Assembly: GCF_028368995.1 (NCBI RefSeq)
Contig: NZ_JAQNDL010000001.1
Coordinates: 2,208,001-2,272,000 of the forward strand
Direction of reading: 5' to 3'
Length of the DNA: 64,000 bases
From: Nannocystis bainbridge
GTDB lineage: Bacteria > Myxococcota_A > Polyangia > Nannocystales > Nannocystaceae
Below the pieces are notes generated by a model, which saw only the letters and a program-made list of their open reading frames with translations, did not search any database and was not told the DNA's origin. Positions 1 through 8,242 of the stretch are shown in pieces (positions within the stretch are counted from its first letter, which is position 1; every line of letters begins with the position of its first letter). The position numbers were made by a program, and so were the translations under genes.

Positions 1-899
1 CCGGGCGCGGCGCCCTGGCGGTAGCCGGCGGGCACGACGAAGCGGGGCTGCGGCAGGTCGCGGGCGGCGATCGGCAAGCCGGGCGGCGGCTGCTCGGCGC
101 GGGTCAGGGCGGAGAACCGCTGCTTGGTCGCGCGGTCCTCGAGCGAGTGGAACGTGATGATGCCGAGGCGACCGCCGACCTGCAGCCGCTCGGGGGCCGC
201 GCTCAGCAGCGCATCGAGCTCGCCGAGCTCGTCGTTGACGCGGATCCGCAGCGCCTGGAAGGTGCGCGTGGCGGGGTGGATCCGCAGCCCCAGCTTGCGC
301 CGCTGCGGCGCGCTCATGGCCGCGGCCACGACCTTCGCCAGCACGCCGGTGGTGGTCGGCCGCACCGCCACGATCGCGGTGGCGATCCGCGAGGCGTCGG
401 TCTCCTCGCCGTAGTCGCGCAAGATCCGGGTCAGCTCCCCCACGCTGATGTCGGCCAGCAGCTGCGAGGCCGACATGCCGCGGCTCGGGTCCATCCGCAT
501 GTCGAGCGGGGCGTCGGCCTGGAACGAGAAGCCGCGCGCGCCCGTGTCGAGCTGGTGTGAGGACACTCCGAGGTCGGCGAGGATGGCCGTCGCTGCCGCC
601 ACGCCGGCCGCTTCGAGCACCGCGGGCAAGTGACGGAAGCTCGAGTGCACGAGCTCGACGTCGGCGGGGACCTTCTGGCGCGCCTCGGCCAGCGCCTCCT
701 CGTCGCGGTCGAGGGCGATGGCCCGCAGCTTGGGCCCGTCCGGTCGCGCCGCGGCGTAGGCGGCCAGGACGGCGAGCGTGTGCCCGGCCCCGCCGCAGGT
801 CGCGTCGACGAACACCGGCGCCTCGGCGCGCACGAGCGCCGGCGTCAGCGCCTCGCAGACCTCGCGGACCAGAACCGGCCTGTGAAATTCGGAGGACAT
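1..899 (-). CDS. rsmH: 16S rRNA (cytosine1402-N4)-methyltransferase RsmH/MraW (3' end outside window)
   Basis: Manual minus-strand translation from ATG at 899: MSSEFHRPVLVREV...VDATCGGAGHT...ALDRD...ADLGVSSHQLD..RGFSF...PLDMRMD...HPATRTFQALRIRVNDEL...ITFHSLEDR, all RsmH signature motifs. Not in the ORF track because it has no stop in the window. Confidence 0.95.
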   Translation of the reverse strand, partial: MSSEFHRPVLVREVCEALTPALVRAEAPVFVDATCGGAGHTLAVLAAYAAARPDGPKLRAIALDRDEEALAEARQKVPADVELVHSSFRHLPAVLEAAGVAAATAILADLGVSSHQLDTGARGFSFQADAPLDMRMDPSRGMSASQLLADISVGELTRILRDYGEETDASRIATAIVAVRPTTTGVLAKVVAAAMSAPQRRKLGLRIHPATRTFQALRIRVNDELGELDALLSAAPERLQVGGRLGIITFHSLEDRATKQRFSALTRAEQPPPGLPIAARDLPQPRFVVPAGYRQGAAP

Positions 900-1141
900 C
901 GCGGGCGCGCCAGGGGGGTGTGACAGCGCCGGCCGGCCCGGTCAAAAAACCGGACCGGCCGGCGCCGGGGAGGTGCCCGCGCGGGGCGCCCGCGCCGGAC
1001 TCGGCCGTGGACGGAGGGCGTCTACGTCGAAAATTAGCCGGCAAAAACGGCACTTTGGACGCTTTTCATTGACCCCCCGGGGCCAAAATTTGTAGGTTGC
1101 GCTGCCTTATTTCGAGGGAGCCCGCCGTGCTTTCGACGCGG

Positions 1142-1891
1142 ATGAAGAATTATCGCCAGCTCTTCGAGTCCTCGGAGCTCCTCTGGGAAAAGCTCGGGAT
1201 GCTCAATGCCGCGCAGCGTCGGAACTTCGACGAGCGCTTCATGATGTCGTGGATCTTCCACGACTTCGCCCTCGAGGGGCAGATGCTGTCGGTCGCGGAG
1301 ATCAAGGCCGCGATCGACGACGAGATCATCTCGACGCCGAGCTTGATCCCCGCGTATCTGCACGTCAAAGCGGTGCGCGACGGCATCTACATGCTGCTCG
1401 AGACCCGCGGACAGCGCCTGCAGCTGTCGCTCGAGTGGCTGAAGAAGCTGCACCAGACGCTGCTGCCGCAGGGCAAGAAGGATCAGGTCCAGTACCGCAA
1501 GGACAACCCGATCCACCGCATGTACTTCCACGACCTCGCGCCGGCCGACAAGATCAGCTACCGCATGCGCAAGCTGACCGACTGGTTCCGGACGGAGGAG
1601 TGCCGCAAGGCCCACCCGATCGAGCTGGCGGTCGAGGTCCACCGCGAGCTGATCCGGATCTTCCCCTGGCCGGACATCAGCGGGCGCGTCGCGCGCTTGG
1701 CGATGAACGCGATCCTGATCGCCGAGAACTACTGGCCGTGCATCCTGCACCACAACGAGCGCCAGACGTACTACGACGTGCTTCGGCTCGATCAGGACCA
1801 GCTGCTGCAGTTGGTGCTCGACAGCATGGACGAGGGGATCCGCTCGTCGAGCAAGCTCTACCAGAGCATTGTTGATTCGTCGCGCGCGTGA
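1142..1891 (+). CDS. Fic/Doc family protein with degenerate catalytic motif
   Basis: HPIELAVEVHRELIRIFPWPDISGRVARLAMN aligns to Fic HPFxDGNGRxxR but without the catalytic His. N-terminal HDFALEG resembles the (S/T)xxxE(G/N) inhibitory helix. ATG at 1142 preferred over TTG at 1097. Confidence 0.8.
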   Translation: MKNYRQLFESSELLWEKLGMLNAAQRRNFDERFMMSWIFHDFALEGQMLSVAEIKAAIDDEIISTPSLIPAYLHVKAVRDGIYMLLETRGQRLQLSLEWLKKLHQTLLPQGKKDQVQYRKDNPIHRMYFHDLAPADKISYRMRKLTDWFRTEECRKAHPIELAVEVHRELIRIFPWPDISGRVARLAMNAILIAENYWPCILHHNERQTYYDVLRLDQDQLLQLVLDSMDEGIRSSSKLYQSIVDSSRA

Positions 1892-2541
1892 CAGACCTTA
1901 GGCACCGCATGCCCGTGCCGAACAACCTCCAGGCCCGGCCGCTGCGCGCCGTCCGCGATGCGCAGGTGTTCGCCCGGGCGCGCCTGCCCTCGCGCCACGG
2001 CGAGTTCGAGATCGTGTCGTTCATCGACGACGTCGGCCGCACGCTCGACGACGTGGCGATCGTGCGCGGCGACGTCCGCGGCCGCGTCGAGGTGCCGACG
2101 CGGATCCACTCCGAGTGCCTGACAGGCGACGTGTTCGGCTCGTTCCGCTGCGACTGCCGCGACCAGCTCGAGCTGGCGCTGCAGCGGATCGCCGGCGGCG
2201 ACGCGGGCATCATCCTGTACCTCCGCCAGGAGGGCCGCGGGATCGGCATCGCCCAGAAGATCCGCGCCTACCACCTCCAGGAGCAAGGCCTCGACACCGT
2301 CGAGGCCAACCTCCACATGGGTTTCGATGATGACCTGCGCGACTACTCGGTCGCGGCGGCGATGCTGCGCGCGCTCGAGGTCGGCTCGGTCGTGCTGCAC
2401 ACCAACAACATGCGCAAGATCGCCGGCCTGCAGCAGGGCGGGGTCGCGGTGACCCGCCGCGAGCCGCTGATCGCCGAGGCCCGCGAGCACAACCGCCGCT
2501 ACCTGGCGACCAAGCGCGACAAGAGCGGTCACCTGCTCTGA
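1888..2541 (+). CDS. ribA: GTP cyclohydrolase II
   Basis: RIHSECLTGDVFGSFRCDCRDQL, YLRQEGRGIG, DTVEAN, TNN motifs. Alternative start ATG at 1909. Confidence 0.93.
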   Translation: MTDLRHRMPVPNNLQARPLRAVRDAQVFARARLPSRHGEFEIVSFIDDVGRTLDDVAIVRGDVRGRVEVPTRIHSECLTGDVFGSFRCDCRDQLELALQRIAGGDAGIILYLRQEGRGIGIAQKIRAYHLQEQGLDTVEANLHMGFDDDLRDYSVAAAMLRALEVGSVVLHTNNMRKIAGLQQGGVAVTRREPLIAEAREHNRRYLATKRDKSGHLL

Positions 2542-2619
2542 GGGACATGTCTGTTCGGGCATGGCCTCTGCGCCATGTCCGATCGGACATTTCCCCGCGG
2601 ACATGCCCCATCGAACATC
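2532..2619. repeat. Phased 14-bp array of TGTCC-N4-GGACA-like units (7 cores)
   Basis: CCTG/CATG/CATT/CATC cores at 2532, 2546, 2560, 2574, 2588, 2602, 2616. Perfect unit TGTCCGATCGGACA at 2576-2589. Confidence 0.85.
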
Positions 2620-2673
2620 CGGGACGCGCGGCGGCCGCTTGTGCGGCGCGGCCGCCGCGGATACCGTGGCTGC

Positions 2674-3093
2674 ATGACGGACGCTGCCATCTCCGACGCC
2701 GAGGCGATCGCCATCCTGGGCGACGCCTTCGTCGAGCCGATCGTCGTCGCCATCGCCGAGCCCGACGCGTGGTGGGGCCAGCCGGAGGTGACGCTGCGCT
2801 TCCGCGTAGAGCCGGTCGAGGACGCCGGCTGGGCCGACTTCAAGCGCGAGCTCGACACGCACGGCCTCGGCCGGACGCGGACCGGCCAGTGGATCGAGCT
2901 GGTGCCGCGCGGCACGACCGTCTCGCGCGCGCGCTACCAGGCGTTCGCGCTCGGCCTGCGCGACGCGATGCCGGCGATCTTCGTCCGCCTCGGGCCGCAC
3001 GACGAGGACCCGGCGCACGCCTTCCTGGTCGCGACCCTGCGCGACGCCTCGCTCGTCACGCGCGAGGAATTCGCCCGCGCCATGCGCGGCTGA
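2674..3093 (+). CDS. Hypothetical protein (139 aa)
   Basis: ATG at 2674 (MTDAAISDAEAIAILGD...), GC3-rich codon usage, no recognisable family. Confidence 0.65.
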   Translation: MTDAAISDAEAIAILGDAFVEPIVVAIAEPDAWWGQPEVTLRFRVEPVEDAGWADFKRELDTHGLGRTRTGQWIELVPRGTTVSRARYQAFALGLRDAMPAIFVRLGPHDEDPAHAFLVATLRDASLVTREEFARAMRG

Positions 3094-3130
3094 CCCCGCG
3101 GCCAGCCGCGGCTTGTTCGTCGCCCGCGAC

Positions 3131-3338
3131 GCCTCGCGCGGTCGCCTGCGCCCTGCCTCGCACGGGCGCGCGAGCCCACGGCTGCCTCGCGCGGTCGCCT
3201 GCGCCTCCCCGGGCGCGCGAGGCCACGACTGCCCCGCGCGGTCGCCTGCGCCCTGGCTCGCGTGGGCGCGCGAGCCCACGGCTGCCTCGCGCGGTCGCCT
3301 GCGCCCTGCCTCGCCGGGCGAGCCCGCGGCTGCCTCGA
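3131..3338. repeat. REP-like tandem repeat, 4 copies of about 50 bp
   Basis: Core gcctcgcgcggtcgcctgcgcc repeated at about 3131, 3184, 3231 and 3284. Confidence 0.8.
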
Positions 3339-3365
3339 GGCCCGCGACGAAGCGTCCGGCGAACC

Positions 3366-3399
3366 AAACAAGAAGCGGCGGAGCACGATGCTCCGCCGC
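3366..3399 (-). terminator. Intrinsic terminator on the minus strand
   Basis: 11-bp stem GCGGCGGAGCA/TGCTCCGCCGC followed on the minus strand by TTCTTGTTT. Confidence 0.7.
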
Positions 3400-3697
3400 G
3401 GGTCACCTCGGGCGCGATGCCGGTTCGAGTTGCGGGGGACGAGCCCCGTCAGGGGTTTCCGGCCGCGGTGGGCCGGGTGCCACGGGCGTGGCGCGCGGTC
3501 AGTCGCCGGGCTGACCAGTGGGTGACTTTCGGCGGCGCGGCGGCGCCGTCGCAGGGTCGGTCCGCGCGGGGCGAACCGGTGGAAGCGTGACTTTGCGGCC
3601 GCGATCACGCGACCGGGGGTGTCACTGCGTGCCCGCCCCGCAGAGCGGACACGGGAAGGGGCGGCTCGGCGAAGCGAGCCTCAGACCCCGGCAAAGG

Positions 3698-3775
3698 CTA
3701 GTGCGCACCTCCTGAAGAGCAGGACAGTCGAGGCGCAGCGCAAAGACGACACACACAACGATCTGCTTGGTTCAT
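3698..3775 (-). CDS. Candidate 25-aa Cys-rich small protein / leader peptide (MNQADRCVCRLCAAPRLSCSSGGAH)
   Basis: Perfect SD AAGGAGGT (3788-3781) 5 nt before ATG at 3775, TAG at 3700-3698, hairpin GGCTCG..CGAGCC after the stop. Codon usage is atypical for the genome. Confidence 0.4.
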   Translation of the reverse strand: MNQADRCVCRLCAAPRLSCSSGGAH

Positions 3776-3967
3776 CAGCTACCTCCTTTTGCCGGTGGCC
3801 TGAGGGTGACGATCCAACCTTAGCAAGCTTGTGTGCGCCGGCAAAGAGTTGTGGCGGGCCACGCCCCTCTCGCGGCGGACCCGCGAGCAGAGGCCCGCGG
3901 AGCCGGCGCGGGAGCGGGTTTGACAGTGCGCCGCCCCGCGTGGCAAGAGCCAGGCGATGAGGTCCGC

Positions 3968-5299
3968 GTGGTAAGCTCCGAAGTGGTTCAGACCGGCCCC
4001 GATCACGCGCCGGTGTTCGCCGCTCCGGCGCGCTGGGGCCTGCGCGTGCACGCCGGCCGGCTCGCGGTCGAGGACGTGGCGCTCGCCGAGATCGCCGCGG
4101 CCGTGGGGACGCCGACGTACGTGTACGGCGCCGGCGAAATCGCCGCTCGCTTTCATGCCCTGGCCCGCGCGTGCCGCTCGCACCCGACGCTCATCGCCTA
4201 CGCGGTCAAGGCCAACAGCAGCCAGGCGGTCCTGGCTCACCTCGCGCAGCTCGGCGCCGGGGCCGACATCGTGTCCGGCGGCGAGCTGCGGCGGGCCCTC
4301 GTGGCCGGCGTGCCGGCCGACAAGATCGTGTTCTCCGGGGTCGGCAAGCTCGACGCGGAACTCGACGCGGCGATCGCCGCCGGCGTGCGCGCGATCAACA
4401 TCGAGTCGGTGGCAGAGCTCGACCGCGTGGCCGCCCGCGCCCGCGCCCTCGGCCGCGTGGCCGCCGTCGCCCTCCGCCTCAACCCCGACATCGACCCCGA
4501 CACCCACCCGTACCTGGCCACCGGCCTGCGCGAGAGCAAGTTCGGCATCGCCATGAGCGACGGCGCGGCCGTGGCGGCCCGCGCCCGCGCCCTGCCCGAG
4601 CTGCGGCTGGTCGGCCTGGCCTGCCACATCGGCTCGCAGATCCTCGACGCCGCGCCGTTCCTGGCCAGCTTCGAGCGCCTGTGCGGCCTCGTGCGCGCGC
4701 TGCAGGCGGACGGCGCGCCGCTGCGCCAGCTCGACCTCGGCGGCGGCATGGGCATCGCCTACGCGCCGACCGACCGCGAGCTCGACGTCGAGCGCCTCGG
4801 CGCCGCCCTCACCGCCGCGGTCGCGCCGCTCGGCCTCGAGCTGGTGCTGGAACCGGGCCGCTTCCTGGTCGGCACCGCCGGCGTGCTGCTCACGCAGGTG
4901 ATCGGGCGCAAGCGCAGCGGCGAGCGCGAGTTCGTGATCGTCGACGCGGCGATGAACGACCTGCTGCGCCCGGCCCTCTACGGCGCGTACCACCCGATCG
5001 TCCCGGTCGAGGTGGCCGCCGGCGAGCGGCCGACGCTGCGCGCCGACGTCGTCGGGCCGGTGTGCGAGTGCGGCGACTTTTTGGCGGAGAACCGCCTGAT
5101 CGCCGCGGCCGAGCCGGGCGAGCTGCTCGCGGTCCTCAGCGCCGGCGCCTACGGCATGGCCATGGCCTCGACCTACAACTCGCGCCCGCTGGCCGCCGAG
5201 GTGATGGTGCACGGGCGCGAGTTCGCGGTCACGCGCGCGCGCAAGACCGTCGACCAGCTGATCGCCGAGGAGCAGCTCCCGGCCTGGCTGGCGCGCTGA
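3968..5299 (+). CDS. lysA: Diaminopimelate decarboxylase
   Basis: GTPTYVY, YAVKANS (PLP Lys), DIVSGGEL, HIGSQI, DLGGG, EPGR, GPVCECGD, AYGMAMASTYNSRP. Start approximate; TTGACA at 3920-3925 upstream. Confidence 0.95.
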   Translation: MVSSEVVQTGPDHAPVFAAPARWGLRVHAGRLAVEDVALAEIAAAVGTPTYVYGAGEIAARFHALARACRSHPTLIAYAVKANSSQAVLAHLAQLGAGADIVSGGELRRALVAGVPADKIVFSGVGKLDAELDAAIAAGVRAINIESVAELDRVAARARALGRVAAVALRLNPDIDPDTHPYLATGLRESKFGIAMSDGAAVAARARALPELRLVGLACHIGSQILDAAPFLASFERLCGLVRALQADGAPLRQLDLGGGMGIAYAPTDRELDVERLGAALTAAVAPLGLELVLEPGRFLVGTAGVLLTQVIGRKRSGEREFVIVDAAMNDLLRPALYGAYHPIVPVEVAAGERPTLRADVVGPVCECGDFLAENRLIAAAEPGELLAVLSAGAYGMAMASTYNSRPLAAEVMVHGREFAVTRARKTVDQLIAEEQLPAWLAR

Positions 5300-5359
5300 C
5301 AGGCTGTTCTTCGGGCAGGTCGGCTGCGACGCGGCGGCTGCCTGCCCTTGCCGTGGGCT

Positions 5360-5790
5360 CGCCTGTCCCTTCGGCCAGACCGACGCCCGGAGAACCGGCG
5401 CTGCTCCAAGGACCTCTGCGGCGCCACGTCGCCCCCGGGTCAGCACCCGCATGGGAAGTTCGGCGCCGCTCCCTGGATCATCTCGCCGCACGCTCACCTG
5501 TCCTTTCGGGCAGCCCGTCACGCGAAGGTTGGGCGCTGACCTGACGGACATCTTCCGCGCGCCGCATTCGCCTGTCCTTTCGGGCAGCCCGCAAAGGCGC
5601 TGACCGGACGGACATTTCTCGCGCGCCGCGTTCGCCTGTCTCTTCGGGCAGCCCGCCCCGCGCGCAGGTTCGGCCCTGACCTGACGGACATCTTCCACGC
5701 GCAGCCCGCCTGTCCCTTCGGTCAGCCGCCGCGCGGACAGTCAGCGCTGACCGCCGGACCTTCTCGCCTCACATGTCTCTCGGGACAGCC
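5360..5790. repeat. Degenerate intergenic repeat cluster built around the 14-bp palindrome
   Basis: Several copies of cgcctgtc(c/t)(t/c)ttcgggcagcc and gctgacc..acggacat(c/t)tt between lysA and the cytochrome c gene. Confidence 0.7.
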
Positions 5791-5995
5791 GGCGGCTGAG
5801 CTCGCCACACCTTCCCTAACGTCAGCTTGCGGCCATGCGCGAGGTCCAGGGCCCCCTGCCACACAGGACATCACGGCGCGGGCGTGCGCGCCCGTGGGCG
5901 CCGCTGCGCGTCGGCGATCGCGGCCGCGTGCGCGACAACGGATTCTTGCGCCTCGTGGCCGGCGCTGGCTATCGTCCGCCGCGATCGACACGCTC

Positions 5996-6403
5996 ATGAA
6001 TTACTCGCGCGCCCACACCCTGTTCACCGACCTTCGTACGTTGATGTTCGCCCTCGTCCTCGCGCCGCTGGCGGCCGCGGGTTGCGGCGGCGGCGAGGGC
6101 AAGGACGACGCCGGCGACGGCCCCGAGATCGACTGCAGCACCGGGACGACGCCGAAGTTCTCGGAGATGACGGCCGTGTGGGGCAAGTGCACCACCTGTC
6201 ACGCCTCGACCCTGAGCGGGGCGAGCCGCGTGAACGCGCCCCCGGGCGTCGACTTCGACGTCTACGCCGCCGCCAAGACCCACGCCCAGACCGCCATGCA
6301 CGAGGTCTACGAGGGCGAGATGCCGCCCGCCGGCCTGCCCGCGCTGTCCACCGAGGAAGAGGATCAGCTGTTCCGCTGGGCCAGCTGCGGCACCCCCGAG
6401 TGA
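5996..6403 (+). CDS. Monoheme cytochrome c lipoprotein
   Basis: Lipobox LAAAGC, CTTCH heme motif, EMPP distal Met ligand. Confidence 0.85.
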   Translation: MNYSRAHTLFTDLRTLMFALVLAPLAAAGCGGGEGKDDAGDGPEIDCSTGTTPKFSEMTAVWGKCTTCHASTLSGASRVNAPPGVDFDVYAAAKTHAQTAMHEVYEGEMPPAGLPALSTEEEDQLFRWASCGTPE

Positions 6404-6494
6404 CGTGCCCGCAGGGACATGCCCCGAAGGGCATGTCCCTCTCGACATGTCATCGAGGACATGTCTATGAGGGCATGTCCTCGATGACATGTCC
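6404..6494. repeat. Phased 14-bp array (7 cores) between convergent genes
   Basis: CGTG at 6404 then CATG at 6418, 6432, 6446, 6460, 6474, 6488: exact 14-bp period. Confidence 0.9.
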
Positions 6495-6510
6495 TCAGCG
6501 ACCGCTCGGG

Positions 6511-6849
6511 TCAGGCGGGCCCGGCGCTGAACTTGAGGCCGACGATGGCGACCACCAGCATCGTCAAGAACAGCAGCCGCAGCGGCGCCACCGGCTCGCC
6601 GAGCAGCATCATCCCGCCGATCGCGGCCCCGGCGGCGCCGATCCCGGTCCACACCGCGTAGGCGGTGCCGATCGGCAGCGTCTTGCTGGCCTGGGCCAGC
6701 AGGGCGAAGCTGGCCACCAGGGCGACCACGGTGACGAGCGTCGGCAGCGGCTTGTTACGAAAGTCGAAGCCGTCGCTCCACTTGAGGCCGAGGGCCCAGC
6801 CGACCTCGAGCAGACCGGCGACGAACAGATAGATCCACGCAGTGGACAT
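6511..6849 (-). CDS. sugE: SMR-family guanidinium exporter Gdx/SugE
   Basis: AWIYLFVAGLLEVGWALGLK, LPIGTAYAVWTGIGA, four TM helices, guanidine riboswitch upstream. Confidence 0.92.
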   Translation of the reverse strand: MSTAWIYLFVAGLLEVGWALGLKWSDGFDFRNKPLPTLVTVVALVASFALLAQASKTLPIGTAYAVWTGIGAAGAAIGGMMLLGEPVAPLRLLFLTMLVVAIVGLKFSAGPA

Positions 6850-6868
6850 GATGGCGCGCTCCTTCCAC

Positions 6869-6909
6869 GCGTCGTCTTGTCCTCACCGGGTACGGCGCAC
6901 CTCGTCCGG
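6869..6909 (-). ncRNA. Guanidine-III (ykkC-III) riboswitch
   Basis: Minus strand reads CCGGACGAGGTGCGCCGTACCCGGTGAGGACAAGACGACGC, nearly identical to the ykkC-III aptamer as I recall it. It sits just before the GGAAGGAG RBS of sugE. Confidence 0.9.
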
Positions 6910-7061
6910 GCCCGCGAAGCGGGCGAGCTTCGGGTCAGCTTAGCCGCTCCCCCGTGGCGGGCCCGGCGGGGACGCGTGAGCCAACTCCGGCCCCCGCCGT
7001 CCCACCTGTCCTTTTGCGCAGGTCTTTCGCGCCTGGCGGCCGGGCCGCGGCGCGTGGGCGA

Positions 7062-8102
7062 TCAGCCGGGCGGCACGAAGTTCTCGCAGGCCTGGTCGAT
7101 GACCGCGATCGCGTCGTGGAAGAACGGCTGGAACGAGTCGGCGCAGATCTGGCCGATGCTGCCGTAGGTGAACATCTCGGCGAACTCGACGATGCGGTAC
7201 GCGACCTCGGCCGCGCTGGCGCACTCCGGGTTCTCGGGGCCGATCAGCGCCAGCGTCACGATGTTGGTCTCGACCCCGCCCTTGAGCGCCACCAGCTCGT
7301 TGAACCAGTCGGGTGGGTCGCCGGAGGAGCCGTCCTCTTCCTCGTCGGTGATGACGACCAGGACCAGCAGCGCGTCCTCGCGGACGAAGCCCTCGTTGCA
7401 CTGGCCGGGCTGGCCCAGCTCGGGCCCCAGCGCGCGCAGGGCCGCCTGCAGCGGCTTCTCGTTGCTGTCGCCCGCCGTCCCGACCTGGGCCGCGCAGGCG
7501 AACTTGCTCGCCAGGTCGTCCTGCTCCGTCATGTAGCGCTGGCCGCTGACATACGGCCCGCACGTCGCCTTGCTCGAGTTGCTGCCGCTGGTGCGGGTGA
7601 TGAGCCCGCCGAGCACCCCGCACGGGCTCTCGTTGCCGTCGTACTTGTCGGTCGCGACCACCCCGATGTGCAGGCTCTCCGCGTCCTCGAGCTGCTGCTG
7701 GATCTCCTGCACGAAGCCCGGGAAGCTCGCCACCAGGTTGTCCTGCTCGTTCTTCATGCTCGCCGAATTGTCGACCACGAACAGCAGGTCGACCTTCAGG
7801 CACGCCTTGGGCGGCGGCGGCGGCCCGGCGTCGGGCGTCTCGCCGATGTCGAACTTCGGCCCGCTCGCGCCGCTCGGGTCGACCGCGCTCGTCGCCTCGT
7901 CCTCGGTCGCGCTCGCGCTCGTGCCGGCCGCCTCGCCGGTCGAAGTCGGCGCCGCGGTCGACGTCGCGTCCTCGCTGGTCTGCGGCAGCGTGCCGACCCC
8001 CGAGACGATCGCCGCGGTGGCCGAGGCGCGGCCGCCACCGTCGTCGGAGCAGGCAGACAGCGCGAGCGAGGCGAGCGTGACGAGGGCCGCGGCGCGGAGC
8101 AT
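7062..8102 (-). CDS. vWA-domain lipoprotein with Ser/Thr-rich linker
   Basis: Lipobox LSAC, KVDLLFVVDNSASM (MIDAS DxSxS), LVVITDEEE. Confidence 0.85.
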   Translation of the reverse strand: MLRAAALVTLASLALSACSDDGGGRASATAAIVSGVGTLPQTSEDATSTAAPTSTGEAAGTSASATEDEATSAVDPSGASGPKFDIGETPDAGPPPPPKACLKVDLLFVVDNSASMKNEQDNLVASFPGFVQEIQQQLEDAESLHIGVVATDKYDGNESPCGVLGGLITRTSGSNSSKATCGPYVSGQRYMTEQDDLASKFACAAQVGTAGDSNEKPLQAALRALGPELGQPGQCNEGFVREDALLVLVVITDEEEDGSSGDPPDWFNELVALKGGVETNIVTLALIGPENPECASAAEVAYRIVEFAEMFTYGSIGQICADSFQPFFHDAIAVIDQACENFVPPG

Positions 8103-8242
8103 GTCGCCACGGTACGTCGCGCCCGCGGCCTGCTCAAGCTGCGCCGCGCCGCGCGACCGACCTGCAGTTCTCGGGTCGGCGCCGATTCACGCCTTGCGGA
8201 CCGGCGGGCCGCCTCGCGCCCTGGGGGCCTGCAGGCCTCGCC

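Noticed and set aside
2532-2619. 14-bp arrays as CRISPR or parS
   Set aside because: Units are too short and degenerate, with no 25-45 bp spacers or cas genes, and they do not match the 16-bp parS consensus TGTTTCACGTGAAACA.
3422-3430. GGTTCGAGT resembling a tRNA T-loop
   Set aside because: No T-stem partner, cloverleaf or CCA end.
3690-3960. Lysine or c-di-GMP-I riboswitch upstream of lysA (GAGGCGC, GGCAAA...GCGCAAAG)
   Set aside because: Only fragments match; the remaining conserved elements and spacing are absent, and the strongest signals (SD, terminator) are on the opposite strand.
6404-6494. GGACATGTCC / GGGCATGTCC junctions equal the p53 half-site RRRCWWGYYY
   Set aside because: Coincidence in a bacterium. 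Isolated copies show the conserved unit is TGTCC-N4-GGACA, and the 10-mer arises only where units abut.
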